Assembly (NCBI GenBank): GCA_951406725.2
Contig: OX597837.1
Span: forward strand, 12,400,001-12,464,000
Direction: 5' to 3'
Length of the DNA: 64,000 bases
Source of the DNA: Octopus vulgaris
Taxonomy: Eukaryota
The position numbers and the translations under genes were made by a program. Under the pieces are notes generated by a model, which was not told the DNA's origin, made no database searches, and saw only the letters and a list, made by a program, of their open reading frames with translations. Below, in pieces: positions 39,895 through 53,800 of this stretch (its first letter is position 1; each line of letters starts with the position of its first letter).

Positions 39895-41277
39895 TATATA
39901 TATATATAAGGGGAGAACAGACAATGTGTATTGGGAAATTAACTCCAATCATAATAATTCTGAAACAGGATCAGATGTCATTAGTAATAACAGCTGTGAT
40001 AATACAGTTAGTTTATCACCTAACTTTAATGTTAGTTGTCGTAATAATAATCTCAGCTTAGCTCCTAATTTGCAGGGATCAAGTAAAAATTACTTTGACG
40101 AGAACCGAATACAAGTGAATAAATGCCTGTGTAATTGTCAAAAGAAAATTGTATGCCCTTTAGATAATCAGTGTTTAAGAAAAAATATTTCTGCAAATCT
40201 TTAGTGAATGCGTTTAGGATCTCGAAGATAGGAACAATAATTAAAATTTAAAGTAGTCTCTTACTACTTATGCACCATCGTATATAATTGATTATTTTAT
40301 ATATGACCATCACCTTGAATATATTGATGGTATGTATTATATAATTACGTCTTAATTCGATTGAATTTCGAAAGACTTTGAAATATTTCGTTATATACTG
40401 ATGTCTCCAATGTTTATTTCTAGTTTTGACAGTGAGTCGCCATTGAACAGTAAATGAAATAAATGAACATACACACTAAAAAATATATAACAAAGCATTA
40501 TTTTCACACGGCGCACGAATTTTTTCCGCAATCTAATGAAACCCATTCAATAAATGCTTATAAGCCAGTTACCTCGCAGGAATCGTCAAAACATTTTTTA
40601 AACAATAGACAACTAATGTAGGCGTAGGAATGGCTGTGTGGTAAGTAGCTTGCTTTCTTCACATGAGTCTCTGTTGTCAGTGTGTGCATGTGTCACTGTG
40701 TTGTGCACTGAAGAAATAACCCGCAGTGTTTAGCCTGCCAAAAGAAGCTGCTGCTAGGTAACACTTTTCCCTCTTCGATCCTGTGAGGGTTGTTGTCTGT
40801 GCTTATAATTTTTTTACAAACAAGGAGTCCTCACTGGATTCAGGATGCTGGTCTATTTGCGGTTCAGCAATATGGTCCATAGTAAATGAAAAATTTTTCT
40901 CATTGTGGGAAGAACAGATTGGTTGGCGTATCCTCCAGGCAAAAGGTGTCCACTTTTTAACAGTGTATGTTTTTACATTTACAATTATTGGAAAGCTGTA
41001 TTTCAAGTGGAGCAGTCCAGGTTCTAATTGGAGTACCTTAAGGGCTTGGAGTACCTGAATGCCCAGAAGATTTTTTTGCTGTGTTATTTTAACTCTTCTT
41101 TTCTTCTTCTATTGTGACTTTTTATTGAAATGTTTGCTTTTTTCTTCTTCTTCCCTTTTGCTTGCTTTTGAATTCTCTCCTTTTTTTGTGAACTATTGTT
41201 TTGGACTTTTTATCTTTTAATTTAAAACATCGCAAAAAGTACGGATAAGATTTATATAAATATATATATATACGTAC

Positions 41278-41345
<68 letters not shown>

Positions 41346-41353
<8 letters not shown>

Positions 41354-41979
41354 TTAATAAGGGTGAGAGAATTAGATACTAATTTAATAGTATATCTATT
41401 CAACACCAAGTGGCCCAGTGCTCCGAGAAACCTGGATTATTATAATATTTTATAATGTATTATAATATTTTATACAAAAATAAATATAAGAGAGTGGTCA
41501 CTATATGGCTCACTCTAGCACTAGTTAATCCAAAAGGTTTCAACCACAAAAATATATGTTTCCCATGAAAGCCAGTACGATTGTTAGCTCACACGAACAG
41601 GGCAAATAAAAAATAACAAAAATACAGATTATTTTGTGACAATTGTTTCGCTATTAATGAATTAAATGTAATTTTACTTACAAAAAATCCACTTGTAGCT
41701 CCTCAGCCAAAACTATCTGGATGAAATCCACTCAATCACACGCCAGATTTTACCATAACGATAAATACACGTGTGGTTCAATTGATTACATCCGACGTTA
41801 TAATTCAAATGCCCCTACTAACAGCGCGCCAAACTTTCACGGAAACAAATACTACATTTAGAAATAAATGTAGCATAATTATAATTAATTAATAAGGGTG
41901 AGAGAATTAGATACTAATTTAATAGTATATCTATTCAATACCAAGTGGCCCAGTGCTCCGAGAAACCTGGATTATTATA
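41346..41979 (-). mobile_element. Retrozyme-like non-coding element: 535 bp unit + ~99 bp direct repeat, one HHR, in (TA)n
   Basis: 41346-41444 is repeated at 41881-41979; HHR at 41632-41712; a related copy lies at ~54965-55205. Confidence 0.75.
41632..41712 (-). ncRNA. Type I hammerhead ribozyme
   Basis: uuuugg-CUGAGGA-gcua..uagc-GAAA-caauu-GUC-acaaaa; palindromic ACAAUUGU; one mismatch at the base of helix I. Confidence 0.78.
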
Positions 41980-42061
41980 TTTATATATATATATATATCT
42001 TCATATATATAATTATGTAAATATTTACACACGTATATAAGATATATATATATATATATAA

Positions 42062-42173
<112 letters not shown>

Positions 42174-42257
42174 CTGTGTGTGCGTTTGTGTGTGTAATAT
42201 TTAGTACATGGAAACTGAATGTTTGCTTCAGTAGTGAACAAAGAAATAGACTTACAG

Positions 42258-42646
42258 TGGAGGCGCAATGGCCCGGTGGTTAGGGCGGCGGGCTCGCGGT
42301 CGTAGGTACACGCTTTCGATTCCCAGACCGGGTGTTGTGAGTGTTTATTGACCGAAAACATCTAAAGATCCACTAGTCTCCATCAGGGATGGTGGTGATC
42401 CCTGCTGTATTCTTTCACCACAACTTTCTCTCACTCTTACTTCCTGTTTCTGTTGTACCTGTATTTCAAAGGGCCGACCTTGTCACTCTCTGTGTCACGC
42501 TGAATATCCCCGAGAACTACGTTAAGGGTACACGTGTCTGTGGAGTTCTCAGCCACTTACACGTTAATTTCACGAGCAGGCTGTTCCGTTGATCGGATCA
42601 ACCGGAACCCTCGTCGTCTTAACCGAAGGAGTGCTTCCAAAAAAAA
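42258..42646 (+). mobile_element. tRNA-derived SINE with TSD AGACTTACAGT
   Basis: A/B-box head, A-rich tail, direct repeat at ~42249-42259 and ~42646-42656. Confidence 0.85.
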
Positions 42647-43130
42647 GACTTACAGTTCTCTTCAATAATTGTTTTTCGCTGGACGCCTCGACCTTTCCAC
42701 TCCAGTGAACAAAGTATTACGTCCAAATCTTCACTATTGATGTAGGATGAATTCTATGATTAAATCCCTTTTTTATATGTAATTTCCACAGAAACTGCAC
42801 ATTTGTATCGGTCTAGAAAATGAGCTCTTTTTTGTTAAGTTGTTGAATGTCGCTTCTTCCCATTGAATCTGAGTTAATATTATTCCGTCTGTTTTAAATG
42901 ATCTGCAGGTGATGTAACCTGATCAATCACGGTAAACATAAAATAGGTGAATGATCGATAGGTGTCTGTCGCAATAATGATGGTATTTGAATTCATGCAC
43001 TTTATACTATATTCAATTTCATCCAATTGAATTTCATTGTGTCTTTAAAAGGCATGTCTTCAATTACAATATCAGTTAAACTTTCGACCTCTGAAAGGGA
43101 AGATCTTGTAATACAATATAATATACGTTT

Positions 43131-43243
<113 letters not shown>

Positions 43244-43373
43244 AGAACCGACAATGTGTATTGTGAAATTAAATCCAATCATAATATTCCTGAGACAGGA
43301 TTTGATTCCATGAGTAACTATAACTGTGATAATATAGTTAACTTTAATATTAGTTGTAATAATAATAATAATG

Positions 43374-43461
<88 letters not shown>

Positions 43462-43519
43462 TATTAAAAATAATAATAATAATGTCACCTTAACACCTAA
43501 ATTGCAGAGAAGAACAAGT

Positions 43520-43900
43520 AAAAATTATTTTTATGAGTACCGAATACAAGTGAATAAATGCCTGTGTAATTGTGAAAAGAAAATTGTATGCCCTTTACAA
43601 AATCAGTGTTTAAGGAAAAATATAGTATATCAATGTAAGGTAATAACAGGAGACCACAAGTTTTACTTTATTGTTTCATCTGCTACAATATGGAAATCGA
43701 GATATAATAACTACCATTCATTTAAATATGGAAGGAAAAATATTTCTGCAAATCTTAGTGGATTTATTTAGGATCTAGACGTTAAGAACAATACATATAA
43801 TTTAAAGTTGTCAATTATATTATTTTATATATGATCTTCACCTTGACGATATGTACTATGTAATTACTTCTGAATTTGATTGACTTTTAATGGGAACTTT
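43520..43900 (+). mobile_element. Degenerate PLE GIY-YIG fragment (related copy ~40100-40360)
   Basis: CNC.KK..CPL..QCL.KNIVYQCKV...Y.....TIWKSRYNN..SF......NLS.FI*DL. Confidence 0.7.
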
Positions 43901-44185
43901 AAAATAAGATGTCATTAATTTCGAAAGACATTGAAATATTTCAATTCTTAATTATAATAGCTTTTCAAATACATTATAAGGTTAAATTTAAAAGTTTGAA
44001 TAAAATTAATAATTAAATAACTAATTGTTGTGACGTAAAGCCTCTCATTTTCTAATAACCATAGCGTAGAATTCTTAACTTTTATTTTTTTATTCTTTAT
44101 GTATCGAGTGACGTCACCAATAGCTGAATCCCCAAATAGCTTTTTTTACATTGCATATTTCTATATTTCTAAGTGTCATAAAAAG

Positions 44186-44510
44186 TGAAGGCGCGTGGCT
44201 TAGTGGTTAGGGCATTCGGCTCACGATTGTAAGGTCGTGAGTTCGATTCCAGGCGACGCGTTGTGTCCTTGAGCAAGACACTTTATTTCATGTTGCTCCA
44301 GTCCACTCAGCTGGCAAAAATGAGTTGTACCTCTATTTCAAAGAGCCGGCCTTCTCACACTCTGTGTCACACTGAATCTCCCTGAGAACTACCTTAAGGG
44401 TTCACGTGTCTATGGAGTGCTCAGCCACTTACATGTTAATTTCACTAGCAAAATGTTCCGTTGATCGTATCAGCTGGGACCCTCGTCGTCGTAACCGACG
44501 GAGTGCTCCT
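44186..44510 (+). mobile_element. SINE family B (tRNA head, CORE-like) with TSD TAAGTGTCATAA
   Basis: GGCGCGTGGCTTAGTGGTTAGG..GAGTTCGATTCC; TSD at ~44170-44181 and ~44519-44530. Confidence 0.88.
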
Positions 44511-45450
44511 ATCCTATATAAGTGTCATAATGTAATCCCACCTTATTAATAAATACAGACCACTTCTAAACACACACCCCTAACACGAACCCACAACAAA
44601 CACACTTACACCTGCACACACCCTACACACACTTTTACCCAGATATTAACACCATGACACACGCAAATATATGGTTCCACACATACGCATAATTTGATAC
44701 GGGTGCAAAACATCCAACACTATTTTTTGGAAATGACTGTAAATATTGACTTCACACAAACACGTTGCTTCCCGATACAGGCACAAGGCCAGCAGAACTA
44801 TAAATATTGAAAATTGTACCCACACACGCACACATATATACACACGCGCGCGCCCCAACATACATATAAACACACACACACGCGCGCGCGCGCGCGCGAA
44901 TGCACACATACATACATATAGCTCTTCCTGTCCTAAACGAACTTACTTATCCAGCTCAAATTCAGTCAAGCGGAAAATACACTCCTTAACTACGCGCTAA
45001 AAAGCTAATTAAAATATCCACATGACGTCTACTGACCAGCCTGAACAATAAGAATTTTCAACAACGCTATTTTCGAAAACTCCATACACCACCCACATCA
45101 ACATTCATTCTAACATTCACGTGACCTCTCTATTATGACCACATTCACGTGACCTCTTTATTATGACCAATAAGAAATTTTAGGCGCGACACTAACCAAA
45201 TTTTAACATCTCTGGAGCCTATTTTCTTACCCCAACACCAACTTCCATTCAAACATTCACGTGACCCCTTTATAATGACCAATCAAAATTGTATTGACCA
45301 TTGTCCACAAGAAATTTTAGGCGCGAAACCAAGCAAATCTTAAACAACTCTGGAGCCTCTTTTTTCACATATAAGAGACAGCAAACCCAACATAAAGTCA
45401 GATAAGAGAAAAAAATCTATCAGAAAGGAACTCTATCTCACTTAAAAATA

Positions 45451-45490
45451 TCTTTTGATAAGCATAGCAAATGCGCAACCGGTAAAAAGA
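45451..45490 (+). ncRNA. Hammerhead-like motif with GCAA in place of GAAA (also 39704-39743 + and mirror ~39569-39608 -)
   Basis: ucuu-UUGAUAA-gcau-agcaa-augc-GCAA-ccg-GUA-aaaaga. Confidence 0.5.
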
Positions 45491-45564
45491 ACTTTCACCT
45501 AATTAAATACACTCTCCTTTACTTAAATTATTTTGTCAGCATTTTCTTCATTTCCTTTTATATA

Positions 45565-45610
<46 letters not shown>

Positions 45611-45612
<2 letters not shown>

Positions 45613-46025
45613 GGCGCAGGAGTGGCTCTGTGGTAAGTAGCTTGTCTACCAACCACATGGTTTCGAGTTCAGTCCCACTGCATGGCACCTTGGGCAAGTG
45701 TCTTCTACTATAGCCTCGGGCCAACCAAAGCCTTGTGAGTGAATTTGGTAGACGGAAACTGAAAGAAGCCTGTCGTATATATGTATATATATATATACAT
45801 ATGTGTGTGTGTGTTTGTGTGTCTGTGTTTGTCCCCCTAGCATTGCTTGACAACCGATGCTGGTGTGTTTATGTCCCCGTCACTTAGCGGTTCGGCAAAA
45901 GAGACCGATAGAATAAGTACTGGGCTTACAAAAAGAATAAGTCCCGGGGTCGAGATGCTCGATTAAAGGCTGTGCTCCAGCATGGCCGCAGTCAAATCAC
46001 TGAAACAAGTAAAAAGAGTGAAAAG
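45611..46025 (+). mobile_element. SINE family A, full length
   Basis: Complete head, core and tail. Confidence 0.9.
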
Positions 46026-46092
46026 AGTATATATATATATAGAGAGAGAGAGGGAGAGGGGGAGAGATAGATAGCTAGCTAGCTAGCTAGTA

Positions 46093-46420
<328 letters not shown>

Positions 46421-46510
46421 CGGAGAGTTTACGAAAAAACAAAAGACGAAGACAGGTGGTGTACAAAACAAACAGATGTATGAGTATAACGCTCAAGAAT
46501 AGAAAAAGTA

Positions 46511-46544
46511 TTTTAGGTTTCGAGCCTACGCTCTTCTACAGAAA
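46511..46544 (-). ncRNA. Degenerate minimal HHR-like motif, CUGUAGAA variant
   Basis: uuu-CUGUAGAA-gagc-guag-gcuc-GAAA-cc-UA-aaa; same family as 24099 and 24385. Confidence 0.5.
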
Positions 46545-47486
46545 GGGACACAGAAAAAACAAGGAGAGAAACAAGGAGAGAAAAACAATGTGTGTAGTGT
46601 CTAACGATCTATCATGGCGTCTGCTATTTTCGATAATGTATATACACATATATGCAAGCGCGTGTGTGTGCGTGCCTTTGTGTCTGTGTGTGTGTGGCCG
46701 TGTGTTTGTATTAAGGCAAGCATTAGTTTCAGGTTAAGGAAAATATCGTAATATCTTAATGGCTTTTAAAGTCCGCTACATGGAGGAATGGTGTCTGTTC
46801 CCATTTTGGTCGACAACACAAAGTGTCGTGAATTCGCAGAAAGTCTCGTAAAGAAAGCAATAAATCACGGGGCACATTTTAAGTGGTTATCTCCCGTGGT
46901 TTTGACTTTTGGGAAGATAGCCATTTTGGATGGCAAATTTGTGTGCATTATATTATATTATATACACCGAATATATGTGATGTCCGAATGTTTGCGTGTT
47001 CAGGGCATGGGAACGTGTCTCTTCTACGTGTGGAGTTTGTGTGTTGTATAAATTCAATTTTTACGTTGAGGGAGAGAACTTATCCTTGAGGTGTTAGCGG
47101 CACAGGTGGTGGTTCCTCTTTAAACTGTCTCAGTGTGTAATATTGCTTGTGCCTGTGCAGGGAGAGAGAAGGTTTCACATCTCATATACGGGATGCTTAA
47201 ACATTTATGTATTCACCTGTTCCTGTGGATTTACACTTCATTAAATTTTTGATAGCCTTTGAAGAACGTTTTTGATTAATATTTTATATATATATATCTA
47301 TATATGTATCCGTAAATTATTATATTTTTCAATATTTCAAAGAGTGATACTTTAGATATATTTTAATAGCCTGCATACTTTATGGCTCAGTAGATGTATT
47401 ATTATTGTCAATTGTTGAACCTGCCTAGATTCTCCTTTGAAATATAATATAATATAATATAATATAATATAATATGATATAATATA

Positions 47487-47518
<32 letters not shown>

Positions 47519-47609
47519 CATATCCGGTTGTCCGTCTGAGTACTTCACAGCTCTCTCTACATAATAAAAAATATATAACTCTGTGTATGTGTGTGAGTGC
47601 GTGTGTGTG

Positions 47610-47713
<104 letters not shown>

Positions 47714-49546
47714 CATATATATATATGTAACGTGTAAAATCATGTCACAAATATGTTTGAAAGTTTTTATTAGTGGCCGAACCGTACACTGCAAAACTCA
47801 TTCAGAAAAAAGACATTTAATCAGGTGAGGGTGAAAATAAAAATGAGAAGAACTTAAGCACCTCATAGTCACGACTTTAACCTCCGTATTACTCTCCTGA
47901 TTTTATTTCTGCTCTGAATGACCAGGTCACTGCAACTGCATATAAAATAGAGCGAGAAACAGGCACTTATTCATTTTCACTGACAAGCTGAATCCGTTTG
48001 GTTAACATCGAGAAATTGAAGACACCTTCGCAAAACTCATCTCACATTTGAATGAAGTACACATCAGATAATTTTCTTTTTATGTTGCATATTGAGTATT
48101 AAAGAAACAAAAGATTTCATCAAAGAATTCATACAGTTGTATCCATTGTAAAAAATTTAGACGCAAGCACTTATCCATTGGAGCCGGTCAACTCAGAGGA
48201 GCAGCGGAAACGAATTGTTCCACGTAAAATTGTAAGTCTATTTTTTTGCTCACTACCAAAATCTCACATTCAATCTCCATGCACTAAGTATTCTGTCTCT
48301 TTTTCTCTGTGTGGTAAGCAAGCTACTTACCACACAGCCACTACAACGCCTAATAACATATGCAATTATTAGAGATATTTGCGGATTAATACATTAATAT
48401 TAATATACTATTTTTATAGATATACACATACATATATGTTCATTTATGATCATACATTTTTATATTTATATTAATAACCTATTAGATGTTTTACCTTAAT
48501 ATACAATTCCAATTTTCTCCTAAATTAACCATATTACCGTTTTTAAAAATTTATGAACATTTATTATGCATAAGTAAGATTAATTTATTTTCTTTTACTT
48601 AAGTGTGTCCAGTTGTATTACAAAATAGATAAATATACTATAGATAGATACTGGTAGAATGTGTTTATAAAACATCTTTTTCTCGTGGCTTTATTGAGAA
48701 AATTCTATAGTTTGTAAGATATTTGTTGTTGTTTTTTCTTCAATTTCTGCAATTTCAACCAATCGATGACGTCTATTGAGGTGAAAACATTCTGTGCCGT
48801 ATGAATATGTCCCTCGTTTAAGAAACAGATTGGGTTTATTTACATTTCAGAAGAAAAAAGATACCCTTCCCCCACCCCTAACTCTAACCCTAACTAATCC
48901 TAACCCTAAAACTGATTGAAATGCAATAGATCGATACTAGGGTGATAATTATGGGTGACAATTTCATATGACACCGCTAGAAAAAACTGCCGTTCAAACC
49001 GAAAAGATCCACATTCATTAATGGATAGAATATTCAAATTTGAGTAAATAGTAACACATATAAGCGATTAAATATGATTCGATAAACACATATACATGAA
49101 TATTCATTAGTATCCACTAACAAGTCAATAGAAATTATAAAACTCTACCGGTTTGTATATCATTTATTATTTATTGTGTATTTTTCTAATTTATATATTT
49201 TATTTCATTTTATTTACTATATTTTCTTTACTATATTTTATTACATAATTATTTTCCTTGAAAGATATAACAATATCTTAATTATTCATATGGTGGCTGC
49301 CCCCTCGTTATCGAGTATGGCCATTGCGCGAAGCTTAATCAATGTTGTTATCGTGCAATGACTGTGCAAGAAGGTTTTATTTTTAAAGTGAGGAAAGAGT
49401 GTCCAATAAAGACCCTCCTCACCAAGCAACTTTGGTGGGGTTGCCGGTTTAGTCACCGACGACCCCACCGTGCAACAGGTTGTACTGTGTTACATGTTAC
49501 CAGTAGCACTCGAAAGTGACCTGACATATAATATTCATATTCATAT

Positions 49547-49588
<42 letters not shown>

Positions 49589-49631
49589 TATGAATAAGTT
49601 TATTTTATATTTATTTTCGCTTTATAAATAT

Positions 49632-50041
49632 TTGATTTATTACCTAATATATAGGTTCAGGAGTGGTTGTGTGGTAAGAAGCTTGCTTACGAACCACATG
49701 GTTTCGGGTTCATTCCCACTGCGTGGCACCTTGCGAAAGTGTCTTCTGCTATAGCCTCGGGCTGACCAAAGCCTTGTGAATGGATTTGGTAGACGGAAAC
49801 TGAAGGAAGCCCGTCGTATATATGTATGTATATATATATGTATGTGTGTGTATATGTTTGTCCCCTCAACATCGCTTGACAACCGCTGCTGGTGTGTTTA
49901 TGTCCCCTTAACTTAGCGTTTCGGCAAAAGAGACCAATAGAATAAGTACTAGGCTTACAATGAATAAGTCCTGGGGTCGATTTCCTCGACTAAAGGCGGT
50001 GCTCCAGCATGGCCGCAGTCAAATGACTGAAACAAGTAAAA
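49632..50041 (+). mobile_element. SINE family A
   Basis: Complete head, core and tail. Confidence 0.88.
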
Positions 50042-50519
50042 GCGTAACCAAATACATACACACAATATATATGAAATAACATCTTAAACTTCTTTAGTTG
50101 TGGAGTCGAATTCCTTCAAGAAAGATGTCACCTTCGTCATTATTAAAACAAAAACCCTGAAGAGATTCTACCCCTGACAGCTTAAATTCTTTACCTTGGA
50201 TTTAATCCAAATGCTTCGAATTATTAATTACGTAGGGGCCAGAACCGAAATATATGTAGTTATTTTGAGTCTTCTATTGTGTTTTGAAAAGTTTATTTGT
50301 ATTTTTATCTTAAAAACAAACTTTGTTGCAAATAAATTAACGACACACCATCAACTCTCCAATTTTTTACATTATTAATTTTACCTATTATAATAATCCA
50401 TTGTGTCCTAGCATATTTGCTGCTTCGTTTTTATTTTCCACTTGACAAATATCCGTCAATTGTAAATAACGTACCTAATTCCTCATCTCTTAAATATAGA
50501 ACTGCATACATAGTTCGTA

Positions 50520-50735
50520 CAACAATGTTGTGATCTGAGAATGCCGTTGGTGCCACCTTCACATTACAGATAAAGTCCACATTATTTGTGAAGCATAGGT
50601 CCAATGTTGTTTCCCCTGGTTGGCCTGAGCAGAAATTGCTCCCTGCACAGCTCATTAATAAGTTGAAATAATGACTCTACATGCTTTTGTTCATGCTGCG
50701 ACATCCCAGAGAGGATGTGGCCTTCTGGCCATTTA
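50520..50735 (-). mobile_element. LINE APE-endonuclease fragment (CR1-like)
   Basis: EQFLLRPTRGNN / LDLCFTNN.DFI.NVKV.PTAFSDHNIV (SDH motif). Confidence 0.7.
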
Positions 50736-51767
50736 AATTATATATTAACTACTATTGATTTCTTGTATCGATGCAGGGTCACAGAATTTAGAAAATGCGG
50801 AACCGGAAAATTCTTGCCTGAACCAAGAACGTAAATAAGACGCAGAAATTACTCCAACGACTTTATTTCTCAACTTCACCAAGTCTATCCACCAGACTTT
50901 CACTGATATTCGTCACTGAACAATATTTCCTAAAGCTGGATCTTCAGTTCCTGGATCATTTTAAATACATGTTGTGGATTGTATGGAATTACTCAACTTG
51001 AACTCAAAACTATTTTGTAAACGAAAGTAAACAGAATAATTCAGCTAAATAATCAAACAAGTGAAATAATACATATCCCATTGCAAAACATAGTTTTCAA
51101 GGAATTTACTATCATTCTGTATAGTAGACTCCGATTTGCAAGAAATCTTGTTTAACAAAATTCCACAGAAAACTGAACAGACATCTTACCATAAACAGTC
51201 GTTCAGAATATATCTTTCAACTGTTTCTTAAATACGTGTGAGACCTTTTATCGACAGTAGACAGTTGAGTGCGGTATTACTGCCTTTTCCAAACGTTACA
51301 GATTATAGCAAAATACCAGATCCTAGTCACAACTCTGAACTTTCACATTTATCGTATTTCTTCTTCGTTTACTTGACTTTGCGTGGTGTTTCCTATTTCT
51401 AAATAAACGGGAACAGAAGTAATTTACGAAAACAATTTGAACCAACGTTTATCGATTCATGGTTTTACATTCATTGATAAAAGTCGTCCAATCTTATCGA
51501 TAATCCGTTGTACCAACTTTCTCTGAAATATGAAGACACCAAACACGTCCTCACCATAATCTCCAGTGATCATAATCCATCCAGTCTAATCTACATTTAA
51601 TACCAAACGAGAATAATTTATTTTATGAAATCAAGCTGAACAAAAGAAACAAATACGTTCTTAAAATTGCAGCTGACTTTTGAAGACTTAAATAATTCGG
51701 TAATTAATATACTTTCGAAAATAAATCAAAATATTGTGAGAATCGGTAGAAATCGAAGTTATAGAAA

Positions 51768-53232
51768 ATGAATAGATTTATCAATTATCTTAAGCGTTAT
51801 CTTTCATGTCGATGGAGACTAAGCTATTCCTGTGCCATTGCTTTTCTTTTGATGCAAACATTAAGAGTTGATCTAAGCATGGCTTTTGTCTGCATGTTAA
51901 AAGCACGCAATCTTACAACTAAAGGCGTTAACGTTACTGCTGATAACCAACATTGTTCTGATTTTGGTAATGATTCAATAAATCGGAATTTTGATGGAGA
52001 ATTCGAATGGAGCGACACGTTACAAGCAAACATGTTGGCTGGGTATTTCTATGGGTATATAGGGACTAATATTTTGGGTGGAATTTTAGCAGATAAATAT
52101 GGTGGAAAAAGAGTTCTCGGAATTTCACTTCTCTTAGCATCCATCTTGGCCATTCTTCACCCAAGTTTATCGCGAATTAGTGGTTATTTTACGCTTGTTC
52201 TAAGGATATTAACAGGAGTGGTATCAGGACCGATATTCCCATCAGTTCAGTCCTTGTTTGGACGTTGGGCCCCTCCAAAGGAACTTAGTTCATTGATTGG
52301 GTTTGCATTTGGTGGCCAACATTTAGGTACTGTTGTATGTCTTTCAATATCTGGTCTTCTTTGTGTTTATGGCTTTGATAACAGATGGGGATCGATATTC
52401 TATATATTCGGTGGGATATCATTGCTGTTTAGTTGTTTGTGGTTTTATGTTGTTTATGACAATCCAGACGTCCACCCCACTATCAGCAAAGAAGAACTTT
52501 CTTATCTAAACAGAACTATAAAGAGTGAAAAAGTAGTTAAAAATGTACCATGGAGACAACTGCTTTCTTCACCTGCAGTTTGGGCCATTAACTTTGGCTG
52601 GTTCGCTCATAGTTGGACAGATTTGTCCTTCCAAGTGTTGCTACCAATATATGTGAAGGATGCCTTAAACGTTGATGCAACCTCAAACGGTTTAATGTCA
52701 TCTGCCCCAGCGCTTGGACAAGCGATTGCTCTACCATTGTGTGGAAAATTTGCTGATATTTTACGTTTAAAGAAATATATGTCAACTCGTTCTGTTCGAG
52801 TTTTATTCCAAACCATTGCTCTAATTTGCTCAGCATGTCTATTGATTGGCATAGGATTCCTCGGATGTGATCAAACCATTGTAATAACTATCATGTTGTT
52901 TTTCAGTGGTATATCCCTATCATTTTCTAGTGGCGGTTCAATCGTGAGCAACGGTGACATTGCCCCAAGTTATGCTGGTATTATATTTGGAATTGCCTAA
53001 CGCTTTTGGAACAGTAGCCGGTAGTATTGGTACGGTGTCTGCAAAAGCTCTCACCCCAAACGGTACGCAACGAGAATGGCAGATAGTGTTTGCCTTGTAT
53101 GCTGCTGTATGTGTAGCTGGTGCAATAGTGTTTGCGATATTGGCCAGAGGAGAAGTCCAAGATTGGGCACGTATAGAGGAAACTGATTCGTCTAATAAAC
53201 CCCAAACCATAGATATTAGCGTAATATCTTAG
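51768..53232 (+). pseudogene. SLC17/sialin-like copy 4; single +1 frameshift at ~52996 (pseudogene or sequencing error)
   Basis: ORF 51768-53000 ends at GGAATTGCCTAA. Removing one C gives ..GIA-NAFGTVAG.. and continues to TAG at 53232 with the complete C-terminus. Confidence 0.88.
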
Positions 53233-53479
53233 CAAGGGTGCACATGACTGTATAACTTATAAGTTTCTGTAATTATTTTAGTGTGTCTGGGGGGAGGGCC
53301 ATTCTGTTTTAATGCCTTATTGATTAACACTCACCGCTTCGGTTTCCACTCATTTACTTATTTGTTTTCCAAAATTTTCGTCGCCTCTTGCAAGCTCTTC
53401 AATAGTCGTTGACTCTGTCCGTTACTGGACCGGCGTTTTGTTTCTTTGATCATGTAAATATGTTAGCGTGAGTCAAAAA

Positions 53480-53800
53480 TGTGGTCCACCTCATTGAAGG
53501 GGCAATATACGAATTCTAGTCGGGACACACTTTTGTCATAAAAAATAACTTCACTTGCGCATCAAAGAATTTACTTTATGCCATAAGGTGTGGAGGGTGC
53601 CACAAAGATTACATAGGGCAAGCGAGCCGTACTCTCAGAGAAAGGATTACAGTTCACCGCCAACAATTGAGGGATCCCACCACAAGACAGATACTACTTA
53701 GTGGGCACTTAGATCTCTGTGCACACAAAAAGTTTTCCCACTATACCAATGCCCGGACAACACCACTGACTAAACACGAATAAATAGGGAAAATAATCTT
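53480..53800 (+). mobile_element. Neptune-type PLE GIY-YIG fragment
   Basis: LIEGAIYEF*SGHTFVIKNNFTCASKNLLYAIRCGGCHKDYIGQASRTLRERITVHRQQ. Confidence 0.8.

Noticed and set aside
45110-45360. Repeated ACATTCACGTGACC.. units, CRISPR-like at a glance
   Set aside because: Imperfect local tandem repeats without unique regular spacers, in eukaryotic DNA with no cas genes.
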